In this document: positions 49,382-59,584 of the stretch, one piece after another
How the letters are laid out: each line of letters begins with the position of its first letter
Position numbering within the stretch: the stretch's first letter is position 1
Assembly (NCBI GenBank): GCA_045106415.1
Contig: JBGCEP010000028.1
Location: 48,042 to 112,041 of the forward strand
Source of the DNA: Oligoflexales bacterium
GTDB lineage: Bacteria > Bdellovibrionota_B > Oligoflexia > Oligoflexales > Bog-1112
Length of the DNA stretch: 64,000 bases
Direction of reading: 5' to 3'
Notes under the pieces: model-generated
The model's input: the letters and a program-made list of their open reading frames with translations, nothing else
Told to the model about the DNA's origin: nothing
Database searches by the model: none
Made by a program: the position numbers and the translations under genes

Positions 49382-51886
49382 TTATAACCTTTTCAAAATT
49401 TCTTTCATATGTGTTTGATCTTTTTTATAACCTAGAGTTAAAGCAACCATATGAATATTCACAAAAGACCTTGTCCATAACTCTTTATCTGCGTAACATC
49501 CTTTTGGTATTTGATACTGAGAGGCGTCAGATATAATTTGAAGAAGAGGTGCCGGAGCATATAAAATAGCAAACCTATCATCAAACTGAAAACTCTTCCA
49601 AAGTTTACCATGACAAGACGGAAGCATATTTAAAAGATAAAAACTTATCGACACTTCATGATCAGATGGAACCACTGACCATCCAGCCTCATCCTCTGGA
49701 AGATTAAACCATTGACCTGTTAAAGTTTGTAATTGTCTTTCTGAAAGTGGCTCTTGGATAATAAGAAGGCCACCTCGCCTTAACCAACGGACAACATCTT
49801 CCTTTAATGTAAAATCTTTATCTTGAATTAAACTCACATCTTCAACCCAAAGCCATGGTTGCTGTTGTGCTTGTGTGTTAAAAGAAGTATACGAATCACT
49901 TTTTTTATTAAGATTTAAACTTGTTCGTTGCTCTAAGTGACTAGAGAAATCAACTAATGAATATTCATTCCTCCCTAATGTGGATAGCTTAAAGTTCTGA
50001 CTATAAGAATCTCTCGGCATAATAAACATTATTAATAATAAAAAATTTTTTGCATAATGCATCTGTTTTAAAGAAAGAATAATTTCTAAAAAAGAAAACA
50101 ATAAAAATGAAACCCAGGCAATTTTAATTCCCCATTTATAATCTGTTTTCTTTTGACCTTTTAAAAATTCTCTTTGACTTACATCAGGAACCCATCTTTG
50201 GGGAACAACAGCTGTATTCTGTAACAGGCTTTCCTCTAAAGGAACATTACTTATGATTTTATTCACCAAGTTTTTCTTCCCCCAATAATCTAGATCAGAC
50301 ACACTAGAAATTCTTGGCCAATCAGAGTGATTGGTTTCTTTCAGTGTACCTTCTAATTTCAGAAGAGATTTAAGCATAATTGGAAACCTACTATGAGTCA
50401 TTCCTGTTTTTTTCATGGGCTTAAGAGGTATAGAAAAATGAGAAATCATCAAACCATCGTCTGTTTTGAGCCTCATACCTAAGGCTTGATCAACACTATT
50501 AACACGACCTCCTAATTGCACAGCGCCATGTGCAGCTAATAGCCGAAACCATGAACGAGCATCACTCACTTGACTACACTGATCTGTAGAAAATGTTTTA
50601 CTTAAAAGTGAAGAACACTCACATAAAGATTGAAAATCCACATTTGTATGATAAGGGAAAAGCCAGATACGTTTATCTGAGCTACCTGTTTTAATAGTGT
50701 TAAAATGGTGAGGGCACCAGCTTTCTAAAGGGAATTTTTCACCACCTGCAATGAGCCAAAATTTGTTATTCTTCAAATTATGATCATGATGTAAATCTTG
50801 AAGATGATCAATTCTGTTTAAACGAAAGCCAAATAGTTGAAGGGTAACTTCTAAATCATGTACAGGATCTTCAAGCATGTATTCACTAAATGGATCAGCG
50901 ATTAAGACAGCATCTTCTTGATGACCTTTTAAATAAGAACGAAATTCATCATCGAAAGAAGCATCTAACTTATTAGAATTTATTTTCCAAATAACAGGAC
51001 TCAAATCCTGAATAAAAGATATCGATCTTAAATTCGCTTCTACTCGGATTGTAGCCTTCTGACTTCCCTCCATAAAACGATAAGTAGACTCTACTATTTC
51101 ATGCCCTTGATAATACCCAAATAAATAGCCATTCGATGCTTCTAAAGCTTTATTCCTGACAACATCAATATCCCATTCATATGTCCCATCCATAACAGAT
51201 AAACGTCTTACCTGATTTATAAAATGATTCTCAATATTTTTTTTATCTTCGTAAGCTGGATACCAAAATATTTCAATTTGGTCTTCTAACTTCCTCCAAT
51301 CAAAATCTTTCCAGGACGATTTATCTTTATCACTCACCACGATAAGTTTTTCAATATCAGTATATTTTTGCATCAGAGTATTTAAAGAGCGCCCTATCTT
51401 TAATCCTTCTCGATGAAATTTTTTTTCCATAATCGATATTTTTAATTCTTCAGATTTTTTTGGTTCCCACTTAAGGCCATCGCCACTTTGAATAATAAAA
51501 ACCTGACTTTCTTGTGATAATTCTTCCCACAGCGTAACAACACGTGCTGCATAATCTTCTAATGACGTAAAAGAAGAAATAGAAGGACTCATATCCAGAA
51601 AAATGTAACTTTTGCTAAACTCAGAACTAACAGGCAACACTTTAACTTCAGATGGTTTTCCTAAAAAAAATAAAAAAGAACTCACGACACCAATAAATAG
51701 GAAAAGACCGATGATATCTAAAGGTATTACACGTAAATTCGAAAGCCGCGAAGAAGGTAGTTCTAAAATACGAACAGTAGGCAGCCATATTCTAGTTCTT
51801 TTTTGCCGCAGTAGCCACCAGGTTAAAAAGCTAATGAATGCAAATAAACAACCAATTAAAAATGGTATTGTCCATGTCCATGTCAT
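49382..51886 (-). CDS. BatA-like N-terminus, VWA-like region and C-terminal DUF4159-like domain (apparent fusion)
   Basis: N-terminal double TM with PT..L, DMSPS, VVSD; C-terminal HEVSISFYLL and NIHMVALTLGYKKDQTH. Confidence 0.7.
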   Translation of the reverse strand: MTWTWTIPFLIGCLFAFISFLTWWLLRQKRTRIWLPTVRILELPSSRLSNLRVIPLDIIGLFLFIGVVSSFLFFLGKPSEVKVLPVSSEFSKSYIFLDMSPSISSFTSLEDYAARVVTLWEELSQESQVFIIQSGDGLKWEPKKSEELKISIMEKKFHREGLKIGRSLNTLMQKYTDIEKLIVVSDKDKSSWKDFDWRKLEDQIEIFWYPAYEDKKNIENHFINQVRRLSVMDGTYEWDIDVVRNKALEASNGYLFGYYQGHEIVESTYRFMEGSQKATIRVEANLRSISFIQDLSPVIWKINSNKLDASFDDEFRSYLKGHQEDAVLIADPFSEYMLEDPVHDLEVTLQLFGFRLNRIDHLQDLHHDHNLKNNKFWLIAGGEKFPLESWCPHHFNTIKTGSSDKRIWLFPYHTNVDFQSLCECSSLLSKTFSTDQCSQVSDARSWFRLLAAHGAVQLGGRVNSVDQALGMRLKTDDGLMISHFSIPLKPMKKTGMTHSRFPIMLKSLLKLEGTLKETNHSDWPRISSVSDLDYWGKKNLVNKIISNVPLEESLLQNTAVVPQRWVPDVSQREFLKGQKKTDYKWGIKIAWVSFLLFSFLEIILSLKQMHYAKNFLLLIMFIMPRDSYSQNFKLSTLGRNEYSLVDFSSHLEQRTSLNLNKKSDSYTSFNTQAQQQPWLWVEDVSLIQDKDFTLKEDVVRWLRRGGLLIIQEPLSERQLQTLTGQWFNLPEDEAGWSVVPSDHEVSISFYLLNMLPSCHGKLWKSFQFDDRFAILYAPAPLLQIISDASQYQIPKGCYADKELWTRSFVNIHMVALTLGYKKDQTHMKEILKRL

Positions 51887-51887
51887 A

Positions 51888-52769
51888 TTACATCATCCGC
51901 TTTGGTAAAGTTTCAAGAAATTGAAAATAATCTTTTAATGAAGTGGTATCTGTAACTCTATAATAGAGTCCTTTTATATCTTTAATTTGTTTTTCTTTAT
52001 CTAAAAACCACTCTTCTAATTGCTGTTTATAGCTATTTTTTAATTTTTCACCTGTAAATTCTTTATCATTTATCAATTGATCAAAATAACAATCTTCTTT
52101 TTTAAGCCATGTAATATCTATTTCATCTTGATGCATGACTTGAAATGCACATGATTTTTTTCCTGTTTCTAAAAATCCTTGAAAAGGGCTTTCTCCTAAC
52201 AAATCACCGACCCAATATGTTTGATCAACCTTTTGGTTCACAGGGTTTGATTTAATTCCTGGTACAGATTCACTTGAAAAACGATCTCGAATAAGATGTT
52301 GGTACAACCCAACAATATCTGAAGGACTTCTAGGCCGATACCTTATATCTGGCCATGCTGCATCTTCTTTCACAATCCAAACTTCAACTAAATCACCCAT
52401 TTCTAGATGAATATGACTTAAATTAAGAGCTATTCTTAGCCCTATTTCTTGTTTACTAACTCCGGATTTTGACTTTCCATGAAACTGCATCGTTGACGAT
52501 TGATCAACCCCAATACGAATACAGGCTGAAGCTTCATCTCTACGCTCACGAACAATAAGCTGATCGCTTCTTGCAAATGCTTTCCAGTCAATCATAGCAA
52601 CTGGATCACCATGGACATACTTTCTGCTTGTTTCAGGAATTCTATGAGGTCGCAATAAAGACATCCGATAACTACCTTGAAGCCTTTGACTAGTCTTCAA
52701 GTTCATCATTCGCATATCTTGATGGTGAGCAGGATGAAGAGAGGATAAGGTATGAGTTTTTTGTGTCAA
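51888..52769 (-). CDS. DUF58 family protein
   Basis: RKYVHGDPVAMIDWKAFARSD, DQSSTM. Confidence 0.85.
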   Translation of the reverse strand: MTQKTHTLSSLHPAHHQDMRMMNLKTSQRLQGSYRMSLLRPHRIPETSRKYVHGDPVAMIDWKAFARSDQLIVRERRDEASACIRIGVDQSSTMQFHGKSKSGVSKQEIGLRIALNLSHIHLEMGDLVEVWIVKEDAAWPDIRYRPRSPSDIVGLYQHLIRDRFSSESVPGIKSNPVNQKVDQTYWVGDLLGESPFQGFLETGKKSCAFQVMHQDEIDITWLKKEDCYFDQLINDKEFTGEKLKNSYKQQLEEWFLDKEKQIKDIKGLYYRVTDTTSLKDYFQFLETLPKRMM

Positions 52770-53902
52770 CTCAATTCTCCCCTAATATCTGACTCACAAT
52801 TTTTTTTGGATGCTTCTAAAATTTGCAAAATCATATCATCTTCTTTTCTATTTTCTGTACTGCTGTGCACAGAAATTCTCATTCTGTGCCGTAAACAAGG
52901 CAAAGCCATTCTTTCAACATGCTGCCATCTCACAACTTTTTCGCCTTGTAATAATGCATAAGATCTTGCTACAGAAATTAGACTAATACCAGCACGGGGC
53001 CCTGCTCCATACCAAATATCTTGTCTTAAATTTTCTGGGCACAATTCATCATGCGGTCTTGTTGCTCTAACAATATTCGTAATGATTTCGACAATTTCTT
53101 CAGGAACTTCAATCTGACTAGCTACTTGTATTAAGTTTTTAACAACTTCTCCCCCTAAGGACTCAACAACTAAGTCTTGAGTTTTTTCACCAATCAAATC
53201 ATTCTTAGTATGAGACAGCAAAAGCTTCTTCTCACTTTCTTTATCAGGATAATCAACAAAAGAGTGCAATAAAAATCTATCTAATTGAGCTTCTGGAAGA
53301 GGAAAAGTGCCTTCAGATTCAAAAGGATTTTGCGTCGCGAAGACCATAAAAGGAGAGGGAAGTTCATGGCTATGCCCACCAACTGTCACTCGTCGTTCTT
53401 GCATAGCCTCAAGCAAAGAAGATTGGGTTCTTGGTGATGCCCTATTAATTTCATCCGCAAGGACAAGATTTTTGAAAACAGGTCCTGCTGAAAACTCAAA
53501 ATGTCTACGATGTGAGTCTGGATCAATATTCAAAATATCTGAACCAACAATATCTGATGGTAATAAATCAGGGGTAAATTGCACTCGCCCAAAATCCATT
53601 CCTAGATATTGTCCAAAAACTCTAACAAGTGTTGTTTTCGCCAACCCAGGAGCCCCTGTCATTAAAATATGGCCTCCTCCTAGAAAACAACAAAGCGTTT
53701 CTTCAATAAGTTTTTCTTGACCAAAAATAATATTTGAAATTTTCTCTTTAAGACCCTGTGCACAAGAAGTCACTTCATCAAATGTCATGTCCGTCATTCC
53801 AGTCTCCCATACAGATCTTAATCTTCTTCTTTTTATTATAAGTGACTCTTGATAACAGCACATACCTGCAAAAAAAGCCGAGTGAAAAATATCTCTTATC
53901 AT
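52766..53902 (-). CDS. moxR: MoxR-family AAA+ ATPase; likely start 53797
   Basis: GAPGLAKT, RVQFTPDLLPSD, DEINRASPRTQSSLLEAMQE, ATQNP, LPEAQLDRF. Confidence 0.95.
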   Translation of the reverse strand: MIRDIFHSAFFAGMCCYQESLIIKRRRLRSVWETGMTDMTFDEVTSCAQGLKEKISNIIFGQEKLIEETLCCFLGGGHILMTGAPGLAKTTLVRVFGQYLGMDFGRVQFTPDLLPSDIVGSDILNIDPDSHRRHFEFSAGPVFKNLVLADEINRASPRTQSSLLEAMQERRVTVGGHSHELPSPFMVFATQNPFESEGTFPLPEAQLDRFLLHSFVDYPDKESEKKLLLSHTKNDLIGEKTQDLVVESLGGEVVKNLIQVASQIEVPEEIVEIITNIVRATRPHDELCPENLRQDIWYGAGPRAGISLISVARSYALLQGEKVVRWQHVERMALPCLRHRMRISVHSSTENRKEDDMILQILEASKKNCESDIRGELS

Positions 53903-53992
53903 TGCGATTTTTCAATGAAATATTAGCAAAATAAAAAGACTGGATCTTCTTACTTTTGATCCTATATAAAGACTTCAATATATGGAGGTTAT

Positions 53993-54178
53993 ATGAAAAA
54001 AAACAAACAAAGTGGGCAAAGTGTTATTGAGTATATTCTTATTAGTCTGTTTACTATTTTTACAAGTCTAGCTACCTTAAAATTAAGTTTTGATTTATTA
54101 GAAAATAAAACTCATCATCTTGTTGAAAAATTAGGAGTCGATGCTTCTGCTGTTTTCACAAACCCTTTTGAAGAGTGA
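53993..54178 (+). CDS. Flp/Tad-type pilin-like small protein
   Basis: Class III signal KQSG/QSVIEY followed by a hydrophobic helix; GGAGG RBS. Confidence 0.75.
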   Translation: MKKNKQSGQSVIEYILISLFTIFTSLATLKLSFDLLENKTHHLVEKLGVDASAVFTNPFEE

Positions 54179-54477
54179 TGGTGAAAGCAATTCTCTTTAT
54201 ATGTTTATCTATCTATATTGAGAGATTTTTTCATGATCTTCAAGATTTTTGTTTATATATTCAACAAGAAAGTTGGCATTTTAAAATGCTTATCTATGAA
54301 AACCCTAGCCAATCAATAAAAAAAATATGTCTCTCTTCAAAGTTTTTAATTCTCAAGTGGAGGGTACGCGGATCTTGGGAAAATACTTGTACAACTAACA
54401 CCCTCTATCTAAAATTTCCACCCAGATACTATAGGCTTTATTTTGGGAAATTAAAATTGTGGGAAATTTTTAGATAA
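54175..54477 (+). CDS. Hypothetical protein
   Basis: GTGA overlap with the pilin gene, ends at the terminator. Confidence 0.4.
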   Translation: MMVKAILFICLSIYIERFFHDLQDFCLYIQQESWHFKMLIYENPSQSIKKICLSSKFLILKWRVRGSWENTCTTNTLYLKFPPRYYRLYFGKLKLWEIFR

Positions 54478-54515
54478 AAAAAAGAGCTCTCAACAAGAGA
54501 GCTCTTTTTTTTATC
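54473..54515. terminator. Bidirectional intrinsic terminator
   Basis: 19-bp perfect inverted repeat with A8/T8 tracts between convergent genes. Confidence 0.9.
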
Positions 54516-54521
54516 AAGAAA

Positions 54522-55553
54522 TTAGATACTTCCTGAGAAACCTAGAAGGATTGAAGATTGAGACTTTGATTTCTCTTCTGTGCCTTCGATAACTTTTTGA
54601 GAGTTAGAAACATACGCTACGTATGGAAGAAAGCTCTCACCTGAGCATGGCATTTCGACACCGAGAGTCATTGACTGACCGTTGTCTTCATAACCAGAAG
54701 TTGAAGCATTCCCTTTAACATCTGTTCCTGGTTGTGCAGCATCAAACGTTGTGTATTTAAAGAAAGGAACAGCGGCAGCTGTGTGATACTTCACATCAAC
54801 AGCAATACTTGAGTAAGATGTTTTTTCACGAGAAGCATCACCTACAGGTGCAGATGCTCTTGAATCCATCACATAATCAAGATAAGCAGTAAGTCCTGCA
54901 GCTTGAACACCAGCACCGATAGCAATCTGCTGAGAGTGATTTGTATCATACTGCACAATCTGAACAAGCGGCATAACCGGACCAAATGTTCCTGTCCACT
55001 CAAGTAGCATTGCTGGCTGTAAAGTGTCTGTTTTCGCTGTGCTGTAAACTTTGTCTTGAGCTAAAGAGAAAGAAACTTTACCAGCGCCACCGAAGTCACC
55101 TTCGAACCGAACCTGATTTGGTCCAATTGCAGGTAAATTGTACTTAGTGTATGGAGAGAGAACAATAGTTGCGAAGTTTGCATTCTTAGAATCATACCCA
55201 CCCATAGTCAGATAATCACGACCAACAGCAAGAGAAAACATTCCCATTTTTTTAGTTGCTTTAGCAACTTCTGTAGCAGCATCGAGTGACCCAGCTAAAA
55301 TGTTGATATATGTCTCGTATGACAAAGTATCATCAACTTTACCTGAAAAATTTAAATAACTTTTCTGATCTACATGGGTGGTTTTTGCTGGAGTGTAGCC
55401 ATCCGTTTTGCTGTAGCCATGATCGTTATAATCAAAGCTTACGTCATAATCAAAACGCATATGATGGCCATGCCCATCAGCATAGACACCGCTACTTCCT
55501 ACTAGCATAGCTGCCGCAACAACAAATTTTTTCAACACATGCCTCCTGAGCAA
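54522..55553 (-). CDS. Outer-membrane porin-like beta-barrel protein; likely start 55538 or 55535
   Basis: AGGAGG RBS, signal peptide ending VYA, amphipathic strands, strong terminator. Confidence 0.7.
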   Translation of the reverse strand: MLRRHVLKKFVVAAAMLVGSSGVYADGHGHHMRFDYDVSFDYNDHGYSKTDGYTPAKTTHVDQKSYLNFSGKVDDTLSYETYINILAGSLDAATEVAKATKKMGMFSLAVGRDYLTMGGYDSKNANFATIVLSPYTKYNLPAIGPNQVRFEGDFGGAGKVSFSLAQDKVYSTAKTDTLQPAMLLEWTGTFGPVMPLVQIVQYDTNHSQQIAIGAGVQAAGLTAYLDYVMDSRASAPVGDASREKTSYSSIAVDVKYHTAAAVPFFKYTTFDAAQPGTDVKGNASTSGYEDNGQSMTLGVEMPCSGESFLPYVAYVSNSQKVIEGTEEKSKSQSSILLGFSGSI

Positions 55554-56183
55554 TTAAATATAACCTTGAGATGATTGTATCTCTCAATAAAATAAAATCA
55601 AAGATTTCACAAAAAAAAACACGTATAATATTAAGGTGTAAATAAAAAATTATGCATTTCTCTAAAAATAACAACCCATTAAAAAACAACACTTCTAATG
55701 ATTACAACACCCTATTTCAAAGTTTTTTCAAACATTCGCTATTCATCAAGTTTTTAAAACTAACAAATATGCCAGAATGATGATCAGTATTCATACTATT
55801 TCACCTAACTTTATAAAGAGTTACCTAAAGAGCGCCAATCACGAATGAAGATAAAAACTTATTTAAATATGCGCCCCACATATGCACTTTCAAGCTTTAG
55901 TTATTCGATATTTTTTTCAAAAAAACATTGAATAACAATATAAAATCGAAAAATTATAGCCTACAAAAAGATGTAGAACCATTTAACCCACTACAGGCTC
56001 AAAGCAGTTAATCTGCAATTAAGTCATATAGAAAAAACCGTGAAAACGCTTACTATCACAGCACCTAAACATATGTTTTTATAAAACAAATACATATTTT
56101 TTAGGTCACTTAAAACAACAATCTTGACTTTCTTTAAAACTCAGTTACCATCACATCCGCTATGAAAAAACGGGAGCGTTACT

Positions 56184-56462
56184 ATGAACCCTAGGGACAA
56201 GGCACGAAAAATACGAAAATCTCAAAAGTGGAAAAACACTATTGTAAAATCTGATTGTTATTACTGCGGGTGTTCCCTAAATGCTCAGACCGCCACAATG
56301 GACCACATTGTTCCAGTTAGCCGTGGCGGCCTTAGTAAACCTGGGAATATTGTTGCTTGTTGTAAACCTTGCAACACAGCTAAAGGCGATCTTACAGGAG
56401 CTGAGTTTGTGATGAAAAAAATAGCGCCACTTAGAGAGGAAGCTGCTGACACTGTTTCATAA
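56184..56462 (+). CDS. Small HNH endonuclease
   Basis: CYYC..TMDHIVPVSRGG..NIVACCKPCNTAKG. Confidence 0.9.
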   Translation: MNPRDKARKIRKSQKWKNTIVKSDCYYCGCSLNAQTATMDHIVPVSRGGLSKPGNIVACCKPCNTAKGDLTGAEFVMKKIAPLREEAADTVS

Positions 56463-56613
56463 TAAGCCAGGAAATAAATAACAGAAGGGCAAACTGCCCC
56501 CATTCTTTTGCTTTTCTTTTTAATTCACTTACAAATGCTTTCTTTTTCTTCTTTTTTTGATTCTGAAATCTTTCATCAATCGAAATGACTTTTCTACGCT
56601 GTTTATGATTCAT
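56431..56613 (-). CDS. Small basic membrane-anchored hypothetical protein
   Basis: GAGAG RBS-like, Lys-rich then one TM; follows the carbonic anhydrase-like gene. Confidence 0.5.
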   Translation of the reverse strand: MNHKQRRKVISIDERFQNQKKKKKKAFVSELKRKAKEWGQFALLLFISWLIMKQCQQLPL

Positions 56614-56641
56614 AATTCTCTCTCTACTTCCTTCGTATAAA

Positions 56642-57646
56642 TTAAATACTCATAGATAGCTCTCTTTCTCCAATATCTTGAAGGGGTCTTGCGTTATGAT
56701 GAACGAGAGATATCAACTTATCAACTTGAAATTTTGATATTTTTTGCACTTTTTTAAGAACCCGCCATTGAATATTTTCTTTGCATGGAGGTTCTATTAA
56801 AGAACCCTTATAAGCGTAATAACTTCTTTCTGATATCTCAGGTAAAACCTCACTCGGATTCCACCTCACAAGTGGACCTTTCACTCCTTCTTCTTTAATT
56901 ATTTTTGAAAAAATATTTACTAAAGAGCTATTTTGTTCACGCCCTTCTTCCATGAGTATTGAAACAATCAATAGCTCTTTGCGTCGACTTTCATGAAAAA
57001 GTTGAATTTCGACATCATATGGCACCCCTTCAATTTGATGTGCGCTTGGAGTATGAAAAGACAGCTGTCTAAGCTCATACCTTGTCTCTCCTTCCTCCAG
57101 GTACTGCCCTCTAGACACCTCACCAATAAGCTGTTTTGCATTATGAATCATATGCAATCGAGCTCTATTATAACGAAAAATAAGTGGACCTAAATCCTCA
57201 CGAAGGGTTGAGTTTGTAAGATTCAACGGAGATTGAGCATGCCCATCACGGCATAAAGTATAATCCGGATGCAGATCAGCCCATTTTGCTGGGCCTGTTT
57301 GTCCTTGATAGTTCCATGAAGCCACTTCTTGCTCTTGCTTCAATATCAAATGACTGTGCTCAGACTTTTCTTCAGGAGCATGCATATCGTCACTATCTTC
57401 AGGAGTATCCATATCATCGTTAGGATTCGATGCATCACGATTCGAACTTGGTATATCATGCTCATTTTGCATCAGGTCTTGATCATCATCATCAACCTGC
57501 TGCAGTTCAAGCTCTTGTTGGTGCCTTTGATTATCAGCCACTATTTTTGTCCAGGCATAAAACCCTGCATACAGTCCAAGTCCACCCAAAACAGCAAGGA
57601 TCCAGGCTGCTGTTTGGTCCATACCAACTTTCATATTCTCTCCCAT
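56642..57646 (-). CDS. Alpha-carbonic anhydrase-like protein, membrane-anchored, zinc ligands degenerate
   Basis: WNYQGQTGPAKW, QSPLN, YKGSLIEPPC, NARPLQ; QLSFH and EIQ in place of QFHFH and ELH. Confidence 0.85.
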   Translation of the reverse strand: MGENMKVGMDQTAAWILAVLGGLGLYAGFYAWTKIVADNQRHQQELELQQVDDDDQDLMQNEHDIPSSNRDASNPNDDMDTPEDSDDMHAPEEKSEHSHLILKQEQEVASWNYQGQTGPAKWADLHPDYTLCRDGHAQSPLNLTNSTLREDLGPLIFRYNRARLHMIHNAKQLIGEVSRGQYLEEGETRYELRQLSFHTPSAHQIEGVPYDVEIQLFHESRRKELLIVSILMEEGREQNSSLVNIFSKIIKEEGVKGPLVRWNPSEVLPEISERSYYAYKGSLIEPPCKENIQWRVLKKVQKISKFQVDKLISLVHHNARPLQDIGERELSMSI

Positions 57647-57741
57647 ATAAAAAGATAGAACCTTATTTGTTAAAAGGTCTTACCCATTATTATCTCTGAT
57701 TTAGAAACAGATAGAAATGAAAGTGGGTTTTTTCAAGATAT

Positions 57742-58317
57742 TTATTTTTTCCATTTAATAGAGCAACCGATTGAAGGGCTTCCTTGCTCAAAGGGCTTTC
57801 GCCCTGCATTCATCTGTTCTACCGCTGCCAGAAGATCTACTCCATCGGGCTTCAACGAGTTACCTGGTCGGCTTCCATCAAACTGCCCTCTATAGTAAAG
57901 CTCATTGTTTTCATCAAAAAGATAAAAATCAGGCGTACAGACCGCATTAAAAGATTTAGCCACTTCTTGAGTTTCATCATATAAGTATTCAAAATGATAG
58001 TTGAAGTAATTAGATTCTTCTTTCATTTTTTCATAAGAGTCTGCTGGGTATTGCTCAGCATCGTTAGAATTCACAGCTAAACAATGAATTCCTTTCTTTT
58101 TAAGTTCAGCACAAACGAGATTCAAAGCATCTCGCAAATGAATAACATAAGGACAATGATTACAAATAAAGACAATAAGGGCTGCTTGATGATGCAGAAT
58201 TTCCGAATTAAATTCTGCACCGCTCACACTTAATAACTTAAATTTTGGAATTTTAGCACCTAAAGGCATTCTCATATCCGATTCAGTGAGCGCCATTTTC
58301 ATCCCCTTTCGTATCAA
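57742..58317 (-). CDS. Thioredoxin-fold AhpC/TSA family protein; likely start 58296
   Basis: FICNHCPYV, AVCTPDF, YRGQFD, SIGCSIKW. Confidence 0.9.
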   Translation of the reverse strand: MIRKGMKMALTESDMRMPLGAKIPKFKLLSVSGAEFNSEILHHQAALIVFICNHCPYVIHLRDALNLVCAELKKKGIHCLAVNSNDAEQYPADSYEKMKEESNYFNYHFEYLYDETQEVAKSFNAVCTPDFYLFDENNELYYRGQFDGSRPGNSLKPDGVDLLAAVEQMNAGRKPFEQGSPSIGCSIKWKK

Positions 58318-59584
58318 CCGTCTTTTTTATCGATTCAGTTCTCCACTCCCTTGGAACAATAAGCCGAGCCCCTCTTTTATAATACAAATAAGACCATGCC
58401 CATTGGAGGACTACGGCGGTCCGGTTTCTAAAACCTGTCAGATAATAAATATGCACAACGAGCCAAACAAGCCACGCTAAAAACCCAGTTAACTTTAAAG
58501 ACCCGTACTCTAAGATAGATCGGCTACGCCCAATCGTTGCCATTTGGCCTTTATCAAAATAATGAAATTCTTTTCTCGGCTTTCCTTCAATATCTGCAAG
58601 AATAGTTTCCCCTATAAAACGACCTTGCTGTAAGGCTACAGAAGCCAGACCAGGAAGAGGCTTACCATCTTCCCCTAACGCACAAGCCATATCACCAGCA
58701 ACAAAAACTCTAGCATGGTCCGGGACAGTAAGATCAGAACCGACAACAACTCGTCCTTGCCGATCAACTTTCCAGCCTGCTTTTTCACCAAGGTCCGATG
58801 CTTTCACACCTGCTGCCCAGAGCACAGTGCCTGCATGCACTCGCTCGGAACCCACCTGCACATATTCTGGTGACATATCTGTCACACGGCTTCTTGTCCA
58901 AACCTGAACTCCCAGTTTTTCCAACTCGCGAGTCGCATGACTCGCTTGCTTCAATGAAAATGATGGCAAAATTCGAGAACCAGCTTCCAACAGAATGGTC
59001 CGGCTCAATTTTGAGTCTATGGACCGAAAATCTTTTGCTAAAGTATATCGGCTCATTTCACCAATAGCACCCGCCAACTCCACTCCTGTTGGGCCTCCGC
59101 CAATAACCACAAATGTGAGTAGCATTTTTTGCTTTTCTGGGTCTGTGCTTTTCTCTGCTTCTTCAAAAGCTGTTAAAACCCTTCTTCGAATTTCAGTAGC
59201 CTGCGATAGCGTCTTAAGACCTGGGGCACAAATTTCCCACTCTGGGTGCCCAAAGTAGCTATGTGAGGCTCCAGCAGCAACCACAAGATAATCAAAATCA
59301 ACAGACCCGTGACCAGTTGTAATTTTTTTTTCTTTTAAATCAAATTTTGTTACTTCATCTTGCAAAACCTTGATATTTTTATCGTTGTTAAAAATTGCTC
59401 GAATAGGTGTCGCAATATCGGCAGGGCTTAACCCAGCCATTGCAACTTGATACAAAAGAGGCTGAAAGAGGTGATGATTTCTCTTATCAATAAGAGTGAC
59501 ACTAGCGCTACTGCCAGCTAATTTTCTAGCACAGTTTAAGCCTACAAAACCACCGCCAATAATGACAACTTTGGATTCTTCCAT
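58283..59584 (-). CDS. ndh: Type II NADH dehydrogenase
   Basis: GGGFVG, FQPLLYQVA, GGGPTGVELAG, WAAGV, AGD, DKGQMATIGR. Confidence 0.93.
   Translation of the reverse strand: MEESKVVIIGGGFVGLNCARKLAGSSASVTLIDKRNHHLFQPLLYQVAMAGLSPADIATPIRAIFNNDKNIKVLQDEVTKFDLKEKKITTGHGSVDFDYLVVAAGASHSYFGHPEWEICAPGLKTLSQATEIRRRVLTAFEEAEKSTDPEKQKMLLTFVVIGGGPTGVELAGAIGEMSRYTLAKDFRSIDSKLSRTILLEAGSRILPSFSLKQASHATRELEKLGVQVWTRSRVTDMSPEYVQVGSERVHAGTVLWAAGVKASDLGEKAGWKVDRQGRVVVGSDLTVPDHARVFVAGDMACALGEDGKPLPGLASVALQQGRFIGETILADIEGKPRKEFHYFDKGQMATIGRSRSILEYGSLKLTGFLAWLVWLVVHIYYLTGFRNRTAVVLQWAWSYLYYKRGARLIVPREWRTESIKKTVDTKGDENGAH

Noticed and set aside
56184..56462. HNH protein as a defence system or mobile element
   Set aside because: Stand-alone small HNH with no partner ATPase, methylase or repeats
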